64,000 nucleotides of DNA from Candidatus Omnitrophica bacterium 4484_213 (GCA_002085025.1 MZGK01000002.1:15341-79340); one strand, 5' to 3'. Numbered from the stretch's first letter, positions 42,079 through 51,958 are shown. Made by a program: numbers and translations. The notes: generated from the letters alone by a model not told the origin.

Positions 42079-43209
42079 CTATACTTTTTCATAAGGGTCA
42101 AACAACTTTTTATATTCCTCGAGAGCAAATCTATCGGTCATTCCGGCGATATAATCACAGATTGTTCTCTCTAATCCTTCCTTTTTAATTTTCTCCTGGC
42201 AGGAGAAAGGCAGTTGCGTCGGTTTCTTTAAATATATCTCGAAAAGCTGCTTAATAAACCGCTGAGCTTTGTTTGTCATCCGCATTACCCGATAGTGGTA
42301 GTAAAGATTCTTGAATAAAAAATCTTTCAATTGCTTACGCTTCTCAAATATCTCTTTGCTAAAGGAAATTAAACCCTCTGATTTATGAACCTCTTCTCTA
42401 CTTTTAATATCCTTTAATCTTCTTTCCGATTCGTTTATTAAATCAGTAGTAGCAAGATTTATTAGGGACTTTATGGTCTGATATTTCAGTATTTCTTTGT
42501 TAGTAATTTTTTTAGCTAATGGCTCATAGATGTCTCGCCAGATTTTTACCTTTAAGAGCTGCTCTTCGTCAATTAAGTTAGCGGTAAGCCCATCGTCTAA
42601 ATCGTGGCTGTCATAGGCAATCTCATCGGCTAGATTTACTACTTGCGCCTCTAAGGTGGGTTGTTTATTCTTGAATTCTTTATTTGCCTGGTCAAAAAGA
42701 GTTTTATGCTTGGCAATGCCCTCCCGTGTCTCATAGCTTAGATTTAACCCCTTAAAATCGGGGTATCTCTCTTCCAATAGGTCAACTACTCTTAACCCTT
42801 GCTGATTGTGCTCAAAACCGCCAAAATTCTGCATTAACTCTCGGAGAGCATTTTCGCCGGCATGACCAAAAGGGGTATGTCCGATATCGTGGGCAAGGGC
42901 AATTGCTTCGGTTAAATCCTCATTCAATCTTAGAGAACGGGCAATAGAAACAGCAATTTGGGCTACTTCTAAGGTATGCGTAAGCCGGGTGCGGTAATAA
43001 TCGCCCTCGTGATTTACAAATACCTGGGTCTTATATTCTAATTTACGAAAGGCATTGGAATGGATTATTCTATCTCTATCACGTTGATAAACCGAACGAA
43101 AGGGGTGTTCTTCTTCTTTATGAACCCTTCCTTGTGTATATTTACTTTTGGCCGCATAAGGAGCAAGAATTTTCTCTTCTCTTTGCTCTAATTGCTCACG
43201 GGTTAGCAT
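42079..43209 (-). CDS. dgt: dGTP triphosphohydrolase-like HD-domain protein
   Basis: YRTRLTHTLEVAQIA...HDIGHTPFGHAGE. Confidence 0.85.
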   Translation of the reverse strand: MLTREQLEQREEKILAPYAAKSKYTQGRVHKEEEHPFRSVYQRDRDRIIHSNAFRKLEYKTQVFVNHEGDYYRTRLTHTLEVAQIAVSIARSLRLNEDLTEAIALAHDIGHTPFGHAGENALRELMQNFGGFEHNQQGLRVVDLLEERYPDFKGLNLSYETREGIAKHKTLFDQANKEFKNKQPTLEAQVVNLADEIAYDSHDLDDGLTANLIDEEQLLKVKIWRDIYEPLAKKITNKEILKYQTIKSLINLATTDLINESERRLKDIKSREEVHKSEGLISFSKEIFEKRKQLKDFLFKNLYYHYRVMRMTNKAQRFIKQLFEIYLKKPTQLPFSCQEKIKKEGLERTICDYIAGMTDRFALEEYKKLFDPYEKV

Positions 43210-43212
43210 TCA

Positions 43213-43365
43213 ATGAGCACGTAATCCCGAAAGCTTTCGGGATTGCTGTGCGAATTGAACCCAGCACTAATTTTCATAGAAATCAGTGATTGCTTTGTTT
43301 GAAGATGTAAGGTTGTTAAATTTATAGATTAATTTTGTATCTCAAAAATTAGTGCTGGGTAAGTT
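43213..43365. other. Family 3 long inverted-repeat element abutting the dgt start (hairpin aatcccgaaagctttcgggatt, then arms gaacccagcactaattttc / gaaaattagtgctgggtaag with 66-nt spacer)
   Basis: Aligns position-for-position with 25288-25455. The hairpin and the arm interiors differ but stay complementary. Confidence 0.65.
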
Positions 43366-43410
43366 CGACTAAAGCTTTGCGAAACAGCAAGTGCTTCGCA
43401 AAACCAAGTT

Positions 43411-43740
43411 TCATTTATTCTTCTCTACATATTTCATCATCACTTCATAAAGCAAATTCTTTAACATCTGTTCCTCATCTTTATCCAGATTCCCTTTGGT
43501 TTTTTGCTCTAAAATTTCTAAAATATCAATTGTTTGCTTTGCCTGTTTTAAATCCTGTTCTTTTTTATTAGTCAGGGGATTGACAATCTCTCCCAAATGC
43601 ATCAGCGCCTGCATTCCTAAACTGGAAATGAACAAACTAAAACTCATCTTGAGAGGAGGTATCTGATTTTCAGACTCCCTTTTCTTGCTATTTTCTTCAC
43701 TCTCTTTTTCTCTATTCAGCACTTCCTCTTTAGCGTCCAT
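43411..43740 (-). CDS. Hypothetical small acidic protein (DUF1844-like)
   Basis: Only weak recognition: SLFISSLGMQALMHLGEI hydrophobic core flanked by charged tails. Confidence 0.35.
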   Translation of the reverse strand: MDAKEEVLNREKESEENSKKRESENQIPPLKMSFSLFISSLGMQALMHLGEIVNPLTNKKEQDLKQAKQTIDILEILEQKTKGNLDKDEEQMLKNLLYEVMMKYVEKNK

Positions 43741-45346
43741 TTTCCCTCCATACCCTTATTCCCTTCCCTAACATAATCAAGGCAAAGATAATCAAGGTTA
43801 AATCGATTACAAATAAGAGATATTTTCCAGTGCTAAAGAATCCTTTGCCTTGATAGAACAAAGCGGCTATGGTAGTGACAAAAATAAAGAGACACGGAGC
43901 AAGGGTATAAATTACCTTTTTCCGTTTTCTTTTTAAATAAACACTAATCACCAATAAGGTTAAAGCGGCGACAAGTTGATTAGAGGCGCCAAATGCGGGC
44001 CAGAGAACCTGCCAGCTCCCCAGGGTTAAATAACCAGCAAGTAATATAATAGCCGTAGTAATCAAATAGCGGTTTTTACCTATTTTAATTTCTCCGAGAA
44101 GTTCCTCTCCGATATAACGGCTAATTCGGGTCGCTGAGTCCAAAGTAGTCATTACAAATGTCTTTAAGGTAGTAATAGCAATGAGTGCCCCTAATCCACC
44201 AAATATAGGTTTGGTCAATTCTCCATATCCCATACCAAAGGTAACAATCCAACCTTTCTCCTTGACCAATTCAGGATAAACCAAATTGGGAAATTGCTTG
44301 CTTTTCCAATATAAACTGGCAGAGACAGCAACAAGGGTTAAAACCGCCAGCACCCCTTCTAAAAGCATCCCTCCATAGCCAATCTTTTGGGCATCCCCTT
44401 CGCTGGCCAATTGTTTTGAGGTTGTTCCCGAGGCAATCAAAGAATGAAAGCCGGAGAGTGCTCCGCAGGCAATCAGAACAAAGAGCATTGGCCAGAGATT
44501 TCCCTGTCCTGATTTCCAGGAAACAAAAGCCGGAGCGTGCATCTGGGGATGGGTCAGAACAATCCCTAAATAACCAAAAAATAGACCAAAGAAAAGCACA
44601 AAAGTAGCCAGATAATCACGCGGTTGCAAGAGAAGATTTACCGGGAGCACAGAAGCGATGAAGGCATAGATTAAAAGGACGATTGTCCAGATAGTTGCTG
44701 CATTCGCTCCTAATTTTATCGGAAAATGATAACCTGAAATAATCAAACCAAACAGCAAACCAACGCCAGTCAAAGTAGAGATTGTTTGATTAACCCGCCA
44801 GCGATAGAGCATAAAACCGAGCAACGTAGCAACTAGGATTAAACCAAATGTAGGAATAACTACCTGCGGCTGGACAGCAAGCGTCTTTCCACCCACTGCC
44901 GCAAATACGGCGATTACCAGAATTAAGCTCAATAAAAGAAAAGAGGCGAAAATTACTTTTACAAAATAACCGAGGGTAGTTTTAGAAACATCGGCAATAG
45001 AGATACCCTGATGGCGCAAGGAAATCATTAGCGTAGAAAAATCGTGTACTCCCCCTAAAAATATTGAGCCCAAGACAATCCAGATTAGAGCAGGTAACCA
45101 GCCAAATAAGGCGCAGGCAATTACTGGTCCAATTATTGGACCCGCCCCGGCAATAGAAGAAAAATGGTGGCCAAATAGAATTGACCAATGTTTTGCCGGT
45201 ACAAAATCTATTCCATCCTGCCGGCTATAAGCAGGAGTGATATTTTTAGGATTGATTTCCCAAAAGCGGGCAATTTTTCTGCCATAGAATCGGTAACCAA
45301 AAATAAATAGAACCAAACTACCAAAGGCAATAATTAAAGAGTTCAC
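43730..45346 (-). CDS. cstA: Carbon starvation protein A family transporter
   Basis: Multi-TM CstA-like sequence (GPIIGPVIA...GYGGMLLEG). Confidence 0.8.
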   Translation of the reverse strand: MNSLIIAFGSLVLFIFGYRFYGRKIARFWEINPKNITPAYSRQDGIDFVPAKHWSILFGHHFSSIAGAGPIIGPVIACALFGWLPALIWIVLGSIFLGGVHDFSTLMISLRHQGISIADVSKTTLGYFVKVIFASFLLLSLILVIAVFAAVGGKTLAVQPQVVIPTFGLILVATLLGFMLYRWRVNQTISTLTGVGLLFGLIISGYHFPIKLGANAATIWTIVLLIYAFIASVLPVNLLLQPRDYLATFVLFFGLFFGYLGIVLTHPQMHAPAFVSWKSGQGNLWPMLFVLIACGALSGFHSLIASGTTSKQLASEGDAQKIGYGGMLLEGVLAVLTLVAVSASLYWKSKQFPNLVYPELVKEKGWIVTFGMGYGELTKPIFGGLGALIAITTLKTFVMTTLDSATRISRYIGEELLGEIKIGKNRYLITTAIILLAGYLTLGSWQVLWPAFGASNQLVAALTLLVISVYLKRKRKKVIYTLAPCLFIFVTTIAALFYQGKGFFSTGKYLLFVIDLTLIIFALIMLGKGIRVWRENGR

Positions 45347-46200
45347 CGTTTTACACTCCTTTTCATTAGCCCAATAGGAGCCTTTTCCCCTGTCCAGAGC
45401 TCAAAAGATAGAGCGGCCTGCTGAATGAGCATCCCCAGACCACTTACTGCTTTTAGCCCCTTTTTTCTTGCTGCCCTTAACAACTTTGTTTCTGCTGGGT
45501 TATAAATAAGATCAAAGACAAGCAATTGCGGAGAGAAATAAACTGGATTAACGAGTAAATTATCGTTGAGATTCATTCCTATCGGCGTGGCGTTAACCAA
45601 GAGGTGCGAGTTTCTAATTGCCTCTTGATTGTGAGTATGAGTTAATTCTACTCTTGTATTCGGAAAATTCCTTTGAATATTCTCGGCTAAAGCCTTTGCT
45701 TTCTTCTTATTTTTCTCAACAACAAAAATTTGCCTTGCCCCATATTTTGCCAGACTGATGCCTACTGCCTTTCCTGCTCCCCCGGTGCCCATAAGAAAAA
45801 CAGTTTTATTCCCGGGGTCAAATCTTAAATCCTCCTTCAATGCTTTGATAAAACCCTCAGCGTCGGTATTGTAGCCAATCAACCTATTTTCTCTGCTGAC
45901 AATTGTATTTACCGCTCCGATGAGTTTGGCAGTCTTTTCTATTTCATCTAAATGAGAGAGGCAAGTTTCTTTATGAGGAATGGTTAGATTTACCCCTTGA
46001 ATATTTAGCACCCTTATTCCTTCTATTGCTTCCTTTATATTCTCGGGTTTAGTCTCAAAACATAGATAACAGGCGTCTATTTTTTTTGCTTCAAAAGCAG
46101 AATTATGAATTAAAGGTGAAAAACTATGTCTCACCGGATAGCCCAATAGCCCGTAGATTTTTGTTTTGGAAGTGAGCATACTTCGCGCTTCACACTGCAA
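45343..46200 (-). CDS. aroE: Shikimate dehydrogenase
   Basis: GLLGYPVRHSFSPLIHNSAF...GTGGAGKAV Rossmann motif. Confidence 0.8.
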   Translation of the reverse strand: MQCEARSMLTSKTKIYGLLGYPVRHSFSPLIHNSAFEAKKIDACYLCFETKPENIKEAIEGIRVLNIQGVNLTIPHKETCLSHLDEIEKTAKLIGAVNTIVSRENRLIGYNTDAEGFIKALKEDLRFDPGNKTVFLMGTGGAGKAVGISLAKYGARQIFVVEKNKKKAKALAENIQRNFPNTRVELTHTHNQEAIRNSHLLVNATPIGMNLNDNLLVNPVYFSPQLLVFDLIYNPAETKLLRAARKKGLKAVSGLGMLIQQAALSFELWTGEKAPIGLMKRSVKR

Positions 46201-46406
46201 ACTGTTATCTTATCAAAACCACTTCATCAATCCAACTGATACACCTTCTCTTATTTGCACATGACTGATTTTCTCAGCGTTAGATACCTTGATTATGGCA
46301 TAAGCAGAATATTTCTTTCCCTCAGGTGGAGGTAATACTTTTACTTTAACACCCGTATTTGCAATATCTAAGTAACGATAGGAAGGAAGATACTTTTTCT
46401 TGTTCT

Positions 46407-47921
46407 TTATTCTTTGTTTTTCCGACCTGCAGCCTGTCTATTCACCGCCTCCAGATATGCCTTTGCGCTTGCTTCAATAATATCGGTGCTTGCTCCGCGG
46501 GCGGTAATTATCTCATCTTTAAATCGAACCTTGATGCTAACCTCTCCGAGGGCATCCTTCCCCGAAGTAATTGCCTGCAAAGAATAATCCAGTAGTTTCC
46601 CCTTTAGCCCCGTAATTCTTTCAATTGCCTTATAACAAGCATCAATAGGGCCATCGCCACAGGCAGAGTCTTCTAATATTTCCTCACCCCTTTTCAGTCT
46701 TATCGTCGCTGTAGGCACAGTTTTATTCCCGCTACTGATATGGATGTATTCTAATTGCCAGATTTGGGGAATCCTCTTTTTGACTTCATCTAAAATTATC
46801 TCTAAATCCTCATCGAAAACCTCTTTCTTTTTATCAGCAATTTGCTTAAAATGAATAAAGAATTTGGCAAATTCCTTTTTTGTCAGATGATAACCCATCC
46901 TTTTTAGATGCTCCTCTAATGCGTGACTACCTGAATGCTTACCCAAAACCAATCGACTTTCTTTTACCCCTACATCTTTGGGGTTAATTATCTCATAAGT
47001 TGTTCTCTTCTTCAGAATTCCATCCTGATGAATTCCGGCTTCGTGGGCAAAGGCATTGCTTCCGACAATAGCCTTATTGGGTTGAACCGGAATGCCCGTA
47101 AGATGGCTGACTAAACGACTAACCTTAAACAGCTCCTCGGTTTTTATATTCATCTCCCTTCGGAAAATCTCCGGATGCAGTTTTATATTCATCGCCACTT
47201 CTTCCAGAGAGGCATTGCCAGCACGTTCGCCAATGCCATTGACCGTGCACTCAACCTGGTTAGCCCCCTCTTCCACGGCAGTTAAGGAGTTAGCCACAGC
47301 CAGTCCTAAATCGTTATGGCAATGCACACTCAAGTTAACATCCTTAAAAGAAATTTGTTGTCTTAGGTCTTTGATTAGTTTAGTAAATTGGGATGGGAAA
47401 ATACAGCCCACCGTGTCCGGGATATTGATGGTAGTCGCTCCGGCCGCAATCGCCGCCTGAACTACTTCCACCAAAAAATTAAAATCGGTGCGCGTAGCGT
47501 CCTCGGGAGAAAACTCAATGTCGTCGATAAACCGCCTGGCATATCTTATACTCTCCACAGTCAACCTTAGAATCTCCTCCTTTGCCTTTTTTAATTTGTA
47601 TTTTAGATGAATCTCAGAGGTAGCGCAAAAGATATGAAGGCGTGGTTTATTTGTCTTATCCAAGGCTTTTAGGCAACAATCAATATCCTTCCTGAGGGTG
47701 CGCGCTAATCCGGCAATTATTGGCTTCTTTACCTTTTTGCAGATCTCTCTAATTGCCTCTATCTCGCCCGGTGAAGAAGCCGGATAACCAGCCTCAATTA
47801 TATCCACATTAAGACGAGCAAGCTGTTCGGCAATGCTCAACTTCTGCTCGGGAGTCAAACTTGCTCCTGGTGACTGCTCGCCATCTCTAAGAGTTGTATC
47901 AAATATCAGTATTTTGTCCAT
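46407..47921 (-). CDS. leuA: 2-isopropylmalate synthase / citramalate synthase family
   Basis: IFDTTLRDGEQSPG...HCHNDLGLA and the C-terminal LeuA dimerisation domain. Confidence 0.85.
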   Translation of the reverse strand: MDKILIFDTTLRDGEQSPGASLTPEQKLSIAEQLARLNVDIIEAGYPASSPGEIEAIREICKKVKKPIIAGLARTLRKDIDCCLKALDKTNKPRLHIFCATSEIHLKYKLKKAKEEILRLTVESIRYARRFIDDIEFSPEDATRTDFNFLVEVVQAAIAAGATTINIPDTVGCIFPSQFTKLIKDLRQQISFKDVNLSVHCHNDLGLAVANSLTAVEEGANQVECTVNGIGERAGNASLEEVAMNIKLHPEIFRREMNIKTEELFKVSRLVSHLTGIPVQPNKAIVGSNAFAHEAGIHQDGILKKRTTYEIINPKDVGVKESRLVLGKHSGSHALEEHLKRMGYHLTKKEFAKFFIHFKQIADKKKEVFDEDLEIILDEVKKRIPQIWQLEYIHISSGNKTVPTATIRLKRGEEILEDSACGDGPIDACYKAIERITGLKGKLLDYSLQAITSGKDALGEVSIKVRFKDEIITARGASTDIIEASAKAYLEAVNRQAAGRKNKE

Positions 47922-48081
47922 TTCTTACCCCTTTATCAAAACTTTCAAAACCTCCCTTGTGTTACAAGAAATTTTTAATAGGGTTTAGTTCATTTAAAAA
48001 AATAGTATAACACCTTTCCTGCCCACTGTCAATGCACCCTGTCAATAATGCAACATTTAAGGTAAGACCTCTTTTGTTGCA

Positions 48082-48903
48082 TTAGACACTAAACCGAAAG
48101 TCAATTATATCTCCGTCCTCAACAGGATAATCCTTTCCTTTGAGTAAGGCAAGCCCGGCCTTCTCAACTGCCTGTTTACTGCCCAATCTGAACAAATCAG
48201 CGCATTTGATTACCTGGGCCCGGATGAAGCCTCGTTCTATGTCAGAATGCACCTTGCCGGCAGCTTGGGGGGCTAATGTCCCACGGCGGACGCTCCAGGC
48301 GCGCACTTCATCCTTTCCGATGGTAAAAAAGGATATGAGACCCAAGAGCTGATAAGCCACTCGGGTGAGTTTGTGGGTAGCTGGTTCACCGATACCTAAT
48401 TCTTTTAAAAACTCTTCCTGCTCCTTTTTTGATTCTAATTGAAAAAGCTCTTGCTCAATCTTTGCCGAAATCTGCACTGCCCCCACATTTCCATCGCTTT
48501 CTATCTTTCTTAGCAAATTTGGATTGTCCAGTTTATCTTCATTCACATTCAGAACAATGAGTTTCCTCTTGAGTGTCAACAAGGGATAATTATTAACGAT
48601 TTTTTGCTCATTTTCATTCAAATTCAAGGTGAATAAGAATCTTTCTTGCTCTAATGTGGCTTTAAAATTAAGTAGAAGTTCTCTTTCCTTCTCCTGAATT
48701 CCTCTTTTTTCTTTTTTCTTTTCTTTATCTAACCTCTCCAGACGGAGTTCCACAAAAGCAAGGTCCTTTAAGAGCAATTCGCTATCAATCTTTTTAATAT
48801 CGCGCAGAGGGTCTATACTCCCATCAATATGAAAGATAGTTTCATCTTTAAAAGCACGGATAACATAACAGATTGCATCTACTTCCTCTAATGATTTAAA
48901 CAA
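48082..48903 (-). pseudogene. ychF: 5'-truncated ychF (ribosome-binding ATPase): G1/P-loop region missing, TGS domain intact
   Basis: The ORF starts at a position equivalent to about residue 95 of YchF (AICYVIRAF matching AIGHVVRCF) and ends with GFIRAQVIKCADLFRLGS...DGDIIDFRFSV (TGS). No P-loop is found in any frame of the 157 nt upstream, which are instead occupied by a family-3 IR element. Confidence 0.55.
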
Positions 48904-48962
48904 CCATCAATAATGCCACAATTTAGGCGACTGATAAGGAGACTAAATTGTATGGCAGAATT

Positions 48963-49046
48963 GACCCAGCACTAATTTTCTGCTGTGCCCTAAACCATTT
49001 TTTAGGGCTGTGGATTAAGCATCTCTAAAAAATTAGTGCTGGGTAA
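48963..49046. other. Family 3 inverted-repeat element (arms gacccagcactaattttc / aaaaaattagtgctgggtaaa, 45-nt spacer with internal hairpin)
   Basis: Seen directly. It occupies the space where the ychF 5' end should be. Confidence 0.65.
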
Positions 49047-49060
49047 ACTTGAATATAATA

Positions 49061-50038
49061 CTAACTCACTTTTGTTCTCCCCAAGATTGTGTTCTTGCTT
49101 ATCCTATGGCCGATAATAAATTCCTTACTGCTCATCCTTCTTCTTCCCTCTATTTGCAGTTCCTCTATCCAGAGGCCATTCCTTCCGGTAGAAACCAAAA
49201 TTCCTTTATCTTTATCAATCTTTAATATTTCTCCAAAGAAAGAAGAGGAAGATCTTTTAGGAGCTACCCTTGTCTTCCAGAGTTTTATCCTTCCCCCCCT
49301 CCAGAAGGTAAACGCTCCTGGTTCGGGGGTAAACCCACGAATTAGATTATAGATCTGAGAGGCCGGTTTTGACCAATCAATTTCCCCATCGCTCTTATTT
49401 AATTTGGGAAAATAAGTGGCTTCTTTCTCATTCTGGGCAGCGAGCACTACCTTTTTATGTCTGATTAATTCTATTGTTTTAAGCAAAGCCAGCGCTCCTT
49501 CTTCTGCTAGACGCCGACCTAACTGGCCAGCGTTCTCTTCCTCCTTTATCTCTATCTCTTTCTGATAAATTATCTCCCCGGCGTCTATCCTCTCGCTAAT
49601 CTTAATTACTGAAATCCCCGTTTTTTTTTCTCCGTTGATTAAAACCCAGTTAATCGGGGCCGGGCCGCGATATCTGGGCAGTAGAGAAGGATGGAGATTT
49701 ATAGAGTAAATTTTGGGGATGCTCAGAATTTCTTTAGTTAACTTTCGGCCGTAATTTACTACTATAAATAATTCCGGTTCATCTTTCTTTAAGGTATCTA
49801 TAAAATCCGACAAGAGATTCTCGGGTTGATAGATGGAGAACCTTTGCCGTTGAGAAAATTCCTTTATCGGGTCAATACCTATTTTCAGTCCCCTTCCCTT
49901 TCTTTTATCTGGTGAAGCCACCACTCCTAAAATCTGGTATCTGGGAACAAGTTTTTTGAGAGAAACTAAAGCAAATTCTCCATTTCCCCAAAATATTATC
50001 TTCATTTTATCACTGATTACACTGATTATCAGTGACAT
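49061..50038 (-). CDS. fmt: Methionyl-tRNA formyltransferase
   Basis: MKIIFWGNGEFAL...NLHPSLLPRYRG...C-terminal Fmt domain. Confidence 0.8.
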   Translation of the reverse strand: MSLIISVISDKMKIIFWGNGEFALVSLKKLVPRYQILGVVASPDKRKGRGLKIGIDPIKEFSQRQRFSIYQPENLLSDFIDTLKKDEPELFIVVNYGRKLTKEILSIPKIYSINLHPSLLPRYRGPAPINWVLINGEKKTGISVIKISERIDAGEIIYQKEIEIKEEENAGQLGRRLAEEGALALLKTIELIRHKKVVLAAQNEKEATYFPKLNKSDGEIDWSKPASQIYNLIRGFTPEPGAFTFWRGGRIKLWKTRVAPKRSSSSFFGEILKIDKDKGILVSTGRNGLWIEELQIEGRRRMSSKEFIIGHRISKNTILGRTKVS

Positions 50039-50085
50039 CAGTGTTTAATATCAGTGTAGTCAGTGTTTGATCAGTGCCATTAGTG
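49990..50085. repeat. CACTGAT palindrome cluster at the fmt start (atcactgattacactgattatcagtgacatcagtgtttaatatcagtgtagtcagtg...)
   Basis: Multiple CACTGAT/ATCAGTG units, seen directly. Confidence 0.7.
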
Positions 50086-50089
50086 TTAT

Positions 50090-51796
50090 TCAGAAGAAAA
50101 ACAAAGGGTCAACATCTACTATTATCCTTTTATCTACTCTCTTTCGCTGAAACTCGGCTAATACTTTTCTCAGAGATTGATTTGTTTTGAGGACATTTTC
50201 TGTCCTCAAGGTAATATACCAGGAATTTAAAAAATTGGCCGGTCCTAAAATCCTCTCTTTGCCAAATTCCCTTCTTAAATCCTCTGATAACTCCGTTATT
50301 CTTTTCTTTAATCTCTGTTCGTCTTTGTCCTTTAAAATTATATTAATAAAATGTACAAAAGGAGGATACTTTAACTGGCGGCGATAGGTTATTTCCTGTG
50401 TGTAAAAATCCTCGTAATCTTCGCTGATAGCCGCAGTGATGCTGAAGTGAGCAGGGTTATAGGTTTGAATAATGAGTTCTGCTTTTGCCTGCTGGGCTTC
50501 CCTGGCTATCTGAAAAAGGAGCTCGAAGGTACGCTCACTTGCCAGGAAATTAGGAGAATTAAGGACACTATCGGCGGAGAGAACTCCTATTAAGCCCACC
50601 TGGAAAAAACTCTCGCCCTGCACTTTCCTCTGTCTGCCTAATTTCTCATAGATAATAACTCTTTTCTTCTTGGCCAGACATTCATCTATCTTTGCTTTTA
50701 AAAAAGGAGAAAGAGAAAGCCTCTCTTTGTTTCTATCTATTATCCTTATATTGGGAGAGATGTTATTGCCTCTTGTCTTTAACTTTAAAAGTTGATATCT
50801 CCCCGAAATGGTTTTATGATAGGATTCCAGGCAAGGGATAACGCTGCCTAAGACTACTATTGCTTTTTCTATCTTCGCTCTCTTGATTGCCACATTGCGG
50901 GCATTATAGCGAGGGATATTCTCCTCTTTGTAAGAATTGTCCTGCTCTTCGTCGACAATAATCAGCCCCAAGTTTTTCAAAGGCGAAAAGACCGCTGACC
51001 TCGTGCCAATGACAATCCGGGCATCTCCCTTCTTTATCCTCTGCCACTCTTGAAATTGCTGGCGAGAAGAAAGTTGAGAGTGGTACTCAGCAATTATCTC
51101 TCCAAAATGAGAAATAAATCTTGCAATTATCTGAGAAGCTAAAGAAATCTCAGGCACTAATATAATTACCCCTTTATTTTGGCTGAGAATGCTTTCAATT
51201 ATGTGCAGATAAATCTTTATTCTTTCCTCGCTTTGTCCATACACCAGAAAAGTCCGTGGCTGGTTCTCCTTCATTGCCCTGATAATCTTATCTGCGCCTA
51301 AAGGCGCCTCAGGTTTCAAATCTAAATTTTCTTTCTCCTCCACCCACCTGTAGCGCGGAGGTGCAAGCGAGGTCGCTCTTGTCTTTTGCACTCCCCTTCG
51401 CAAGGCCGGGGGGAGAGTTATCGCCAATGCCTCCCCCCAGGAGCAAAAGTAGTATTCCGAAAGCCATTTAACCAAAGATAACAAAGAAGAGGTGATAATC
51501 GGCTGGCTATCGATTACCTTTTTAATCTCTTTAACCTTCTTTAACTTCGATTCCTTGACTAATCCAACTATATAACCAACTGTCTTTTTGTTCCTAAATT
51601 CTACCCAGACCCTTTTGCCGATTTCAGCTTCTTCTCTTAGATGGTCGGGAACGGCGTAATCAAAAACTTTATCCACCGGAAGGTTTAAAACAATTTGGGC
51701 ATAGTTCATAACCAGGCTGTCGACTTTTCTAAAAGTAGCGAGTACCAAGAAAAGTTTAAAATGTCTAATTGCTCTAATTAAATAATAAATCACCAA
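50090..51796 (-). CDS. priA: Primosomal protein N' (PriA) homolog with degenerate Walker A and no Cys-rich zinc region; true start probably MNYAQIV at about 51706
   Basis: Aligns to E. coli PriA across the helicase core (LVPEISLASQ, IIVDEEQD, GTRSAVF), but GVTGSGKTE is replaced by YGQSEERIK and no CxxC clusters are seen. The first 30 aa of the ORF derive from the MITE. Confidence 0.75.
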   Translation of the reverse strand: MVIYYLIRAIRHFKLFLVLATFRKVDSLVMNYAQIVLNLPVDKVFDYAVPDHLREEAEIGKRVWVEFRNKKTVGYIVGLVKESKLKKVKEIKKVIDSQPIITSSLLSLVKWLSEYYFCSWGEALAITLPPALRRGVQKTRATSLAPPRYRWVEEKENLDLKPEAPLGADKIIRAMKENQPRTFLVYGQSEERIKIYLHIIESILSQNKGVIILVPEISLASQIIARFISHFGEIIAEYHSQLSSRQQFQEWQRIKKGDARIVIGTRSAVFSPLKNLGLIIVDEEQDNSYKEENIPRYNARNVAIKRAKIEKAIVVLGSVIPCLESYHKTISGRYQLLKLKTRGNNISPNIRIIDRNKERLSLSPFLKAKIDECLAKKKRVIIYEKLGRQRKVQGESFFQVGLIGVLSADSVLNSPNFLASERTFELLFQIAREAQQAKAELIIQTYNPAHFSITAAISEDYEDFYTQEITYRRQLKYPPFVHFINIILKDKDEQRLKKRITELSEDLRREFGKERILGPANFLNSWYITLRTENVLKTNQSLRKVLAEFQRKRVDKRIIVDVDPLFFF

Positions 51797-51958
51797 TAAT
51801 CAAGATATACCCTAGCGGGCACAGGCAAGATACAGACAAATTCCAATAACCAAACCAAAACAATAACTCTGTTTGGTCATTGGAATTTGGTGGTTGGTTA
51901 TTGTTTGGCTATTGTATCTTGGTGTTTGGTTATTATCTGTTTAGGTCAATTAGACATT
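51741..51958. mobile_element. MITE family 2, full-length copy (TIR aatgtctaattg / caattagacatt)
   Basis: About 200 bp, terminal inverted repeats at 51761-51771 and 51947-51957. Internal TTGGTTATT / AATAACCAA subrepeats. Related copies at 12456 and 33472. Confidence 0.7.

Noticed and set aside
43258-43363. Family-3 inverted repeats as integron attC sites
   Set aside because: No GTTRRRY core sites. No integrase. The elements sit at gene starts in a housekeeping context.
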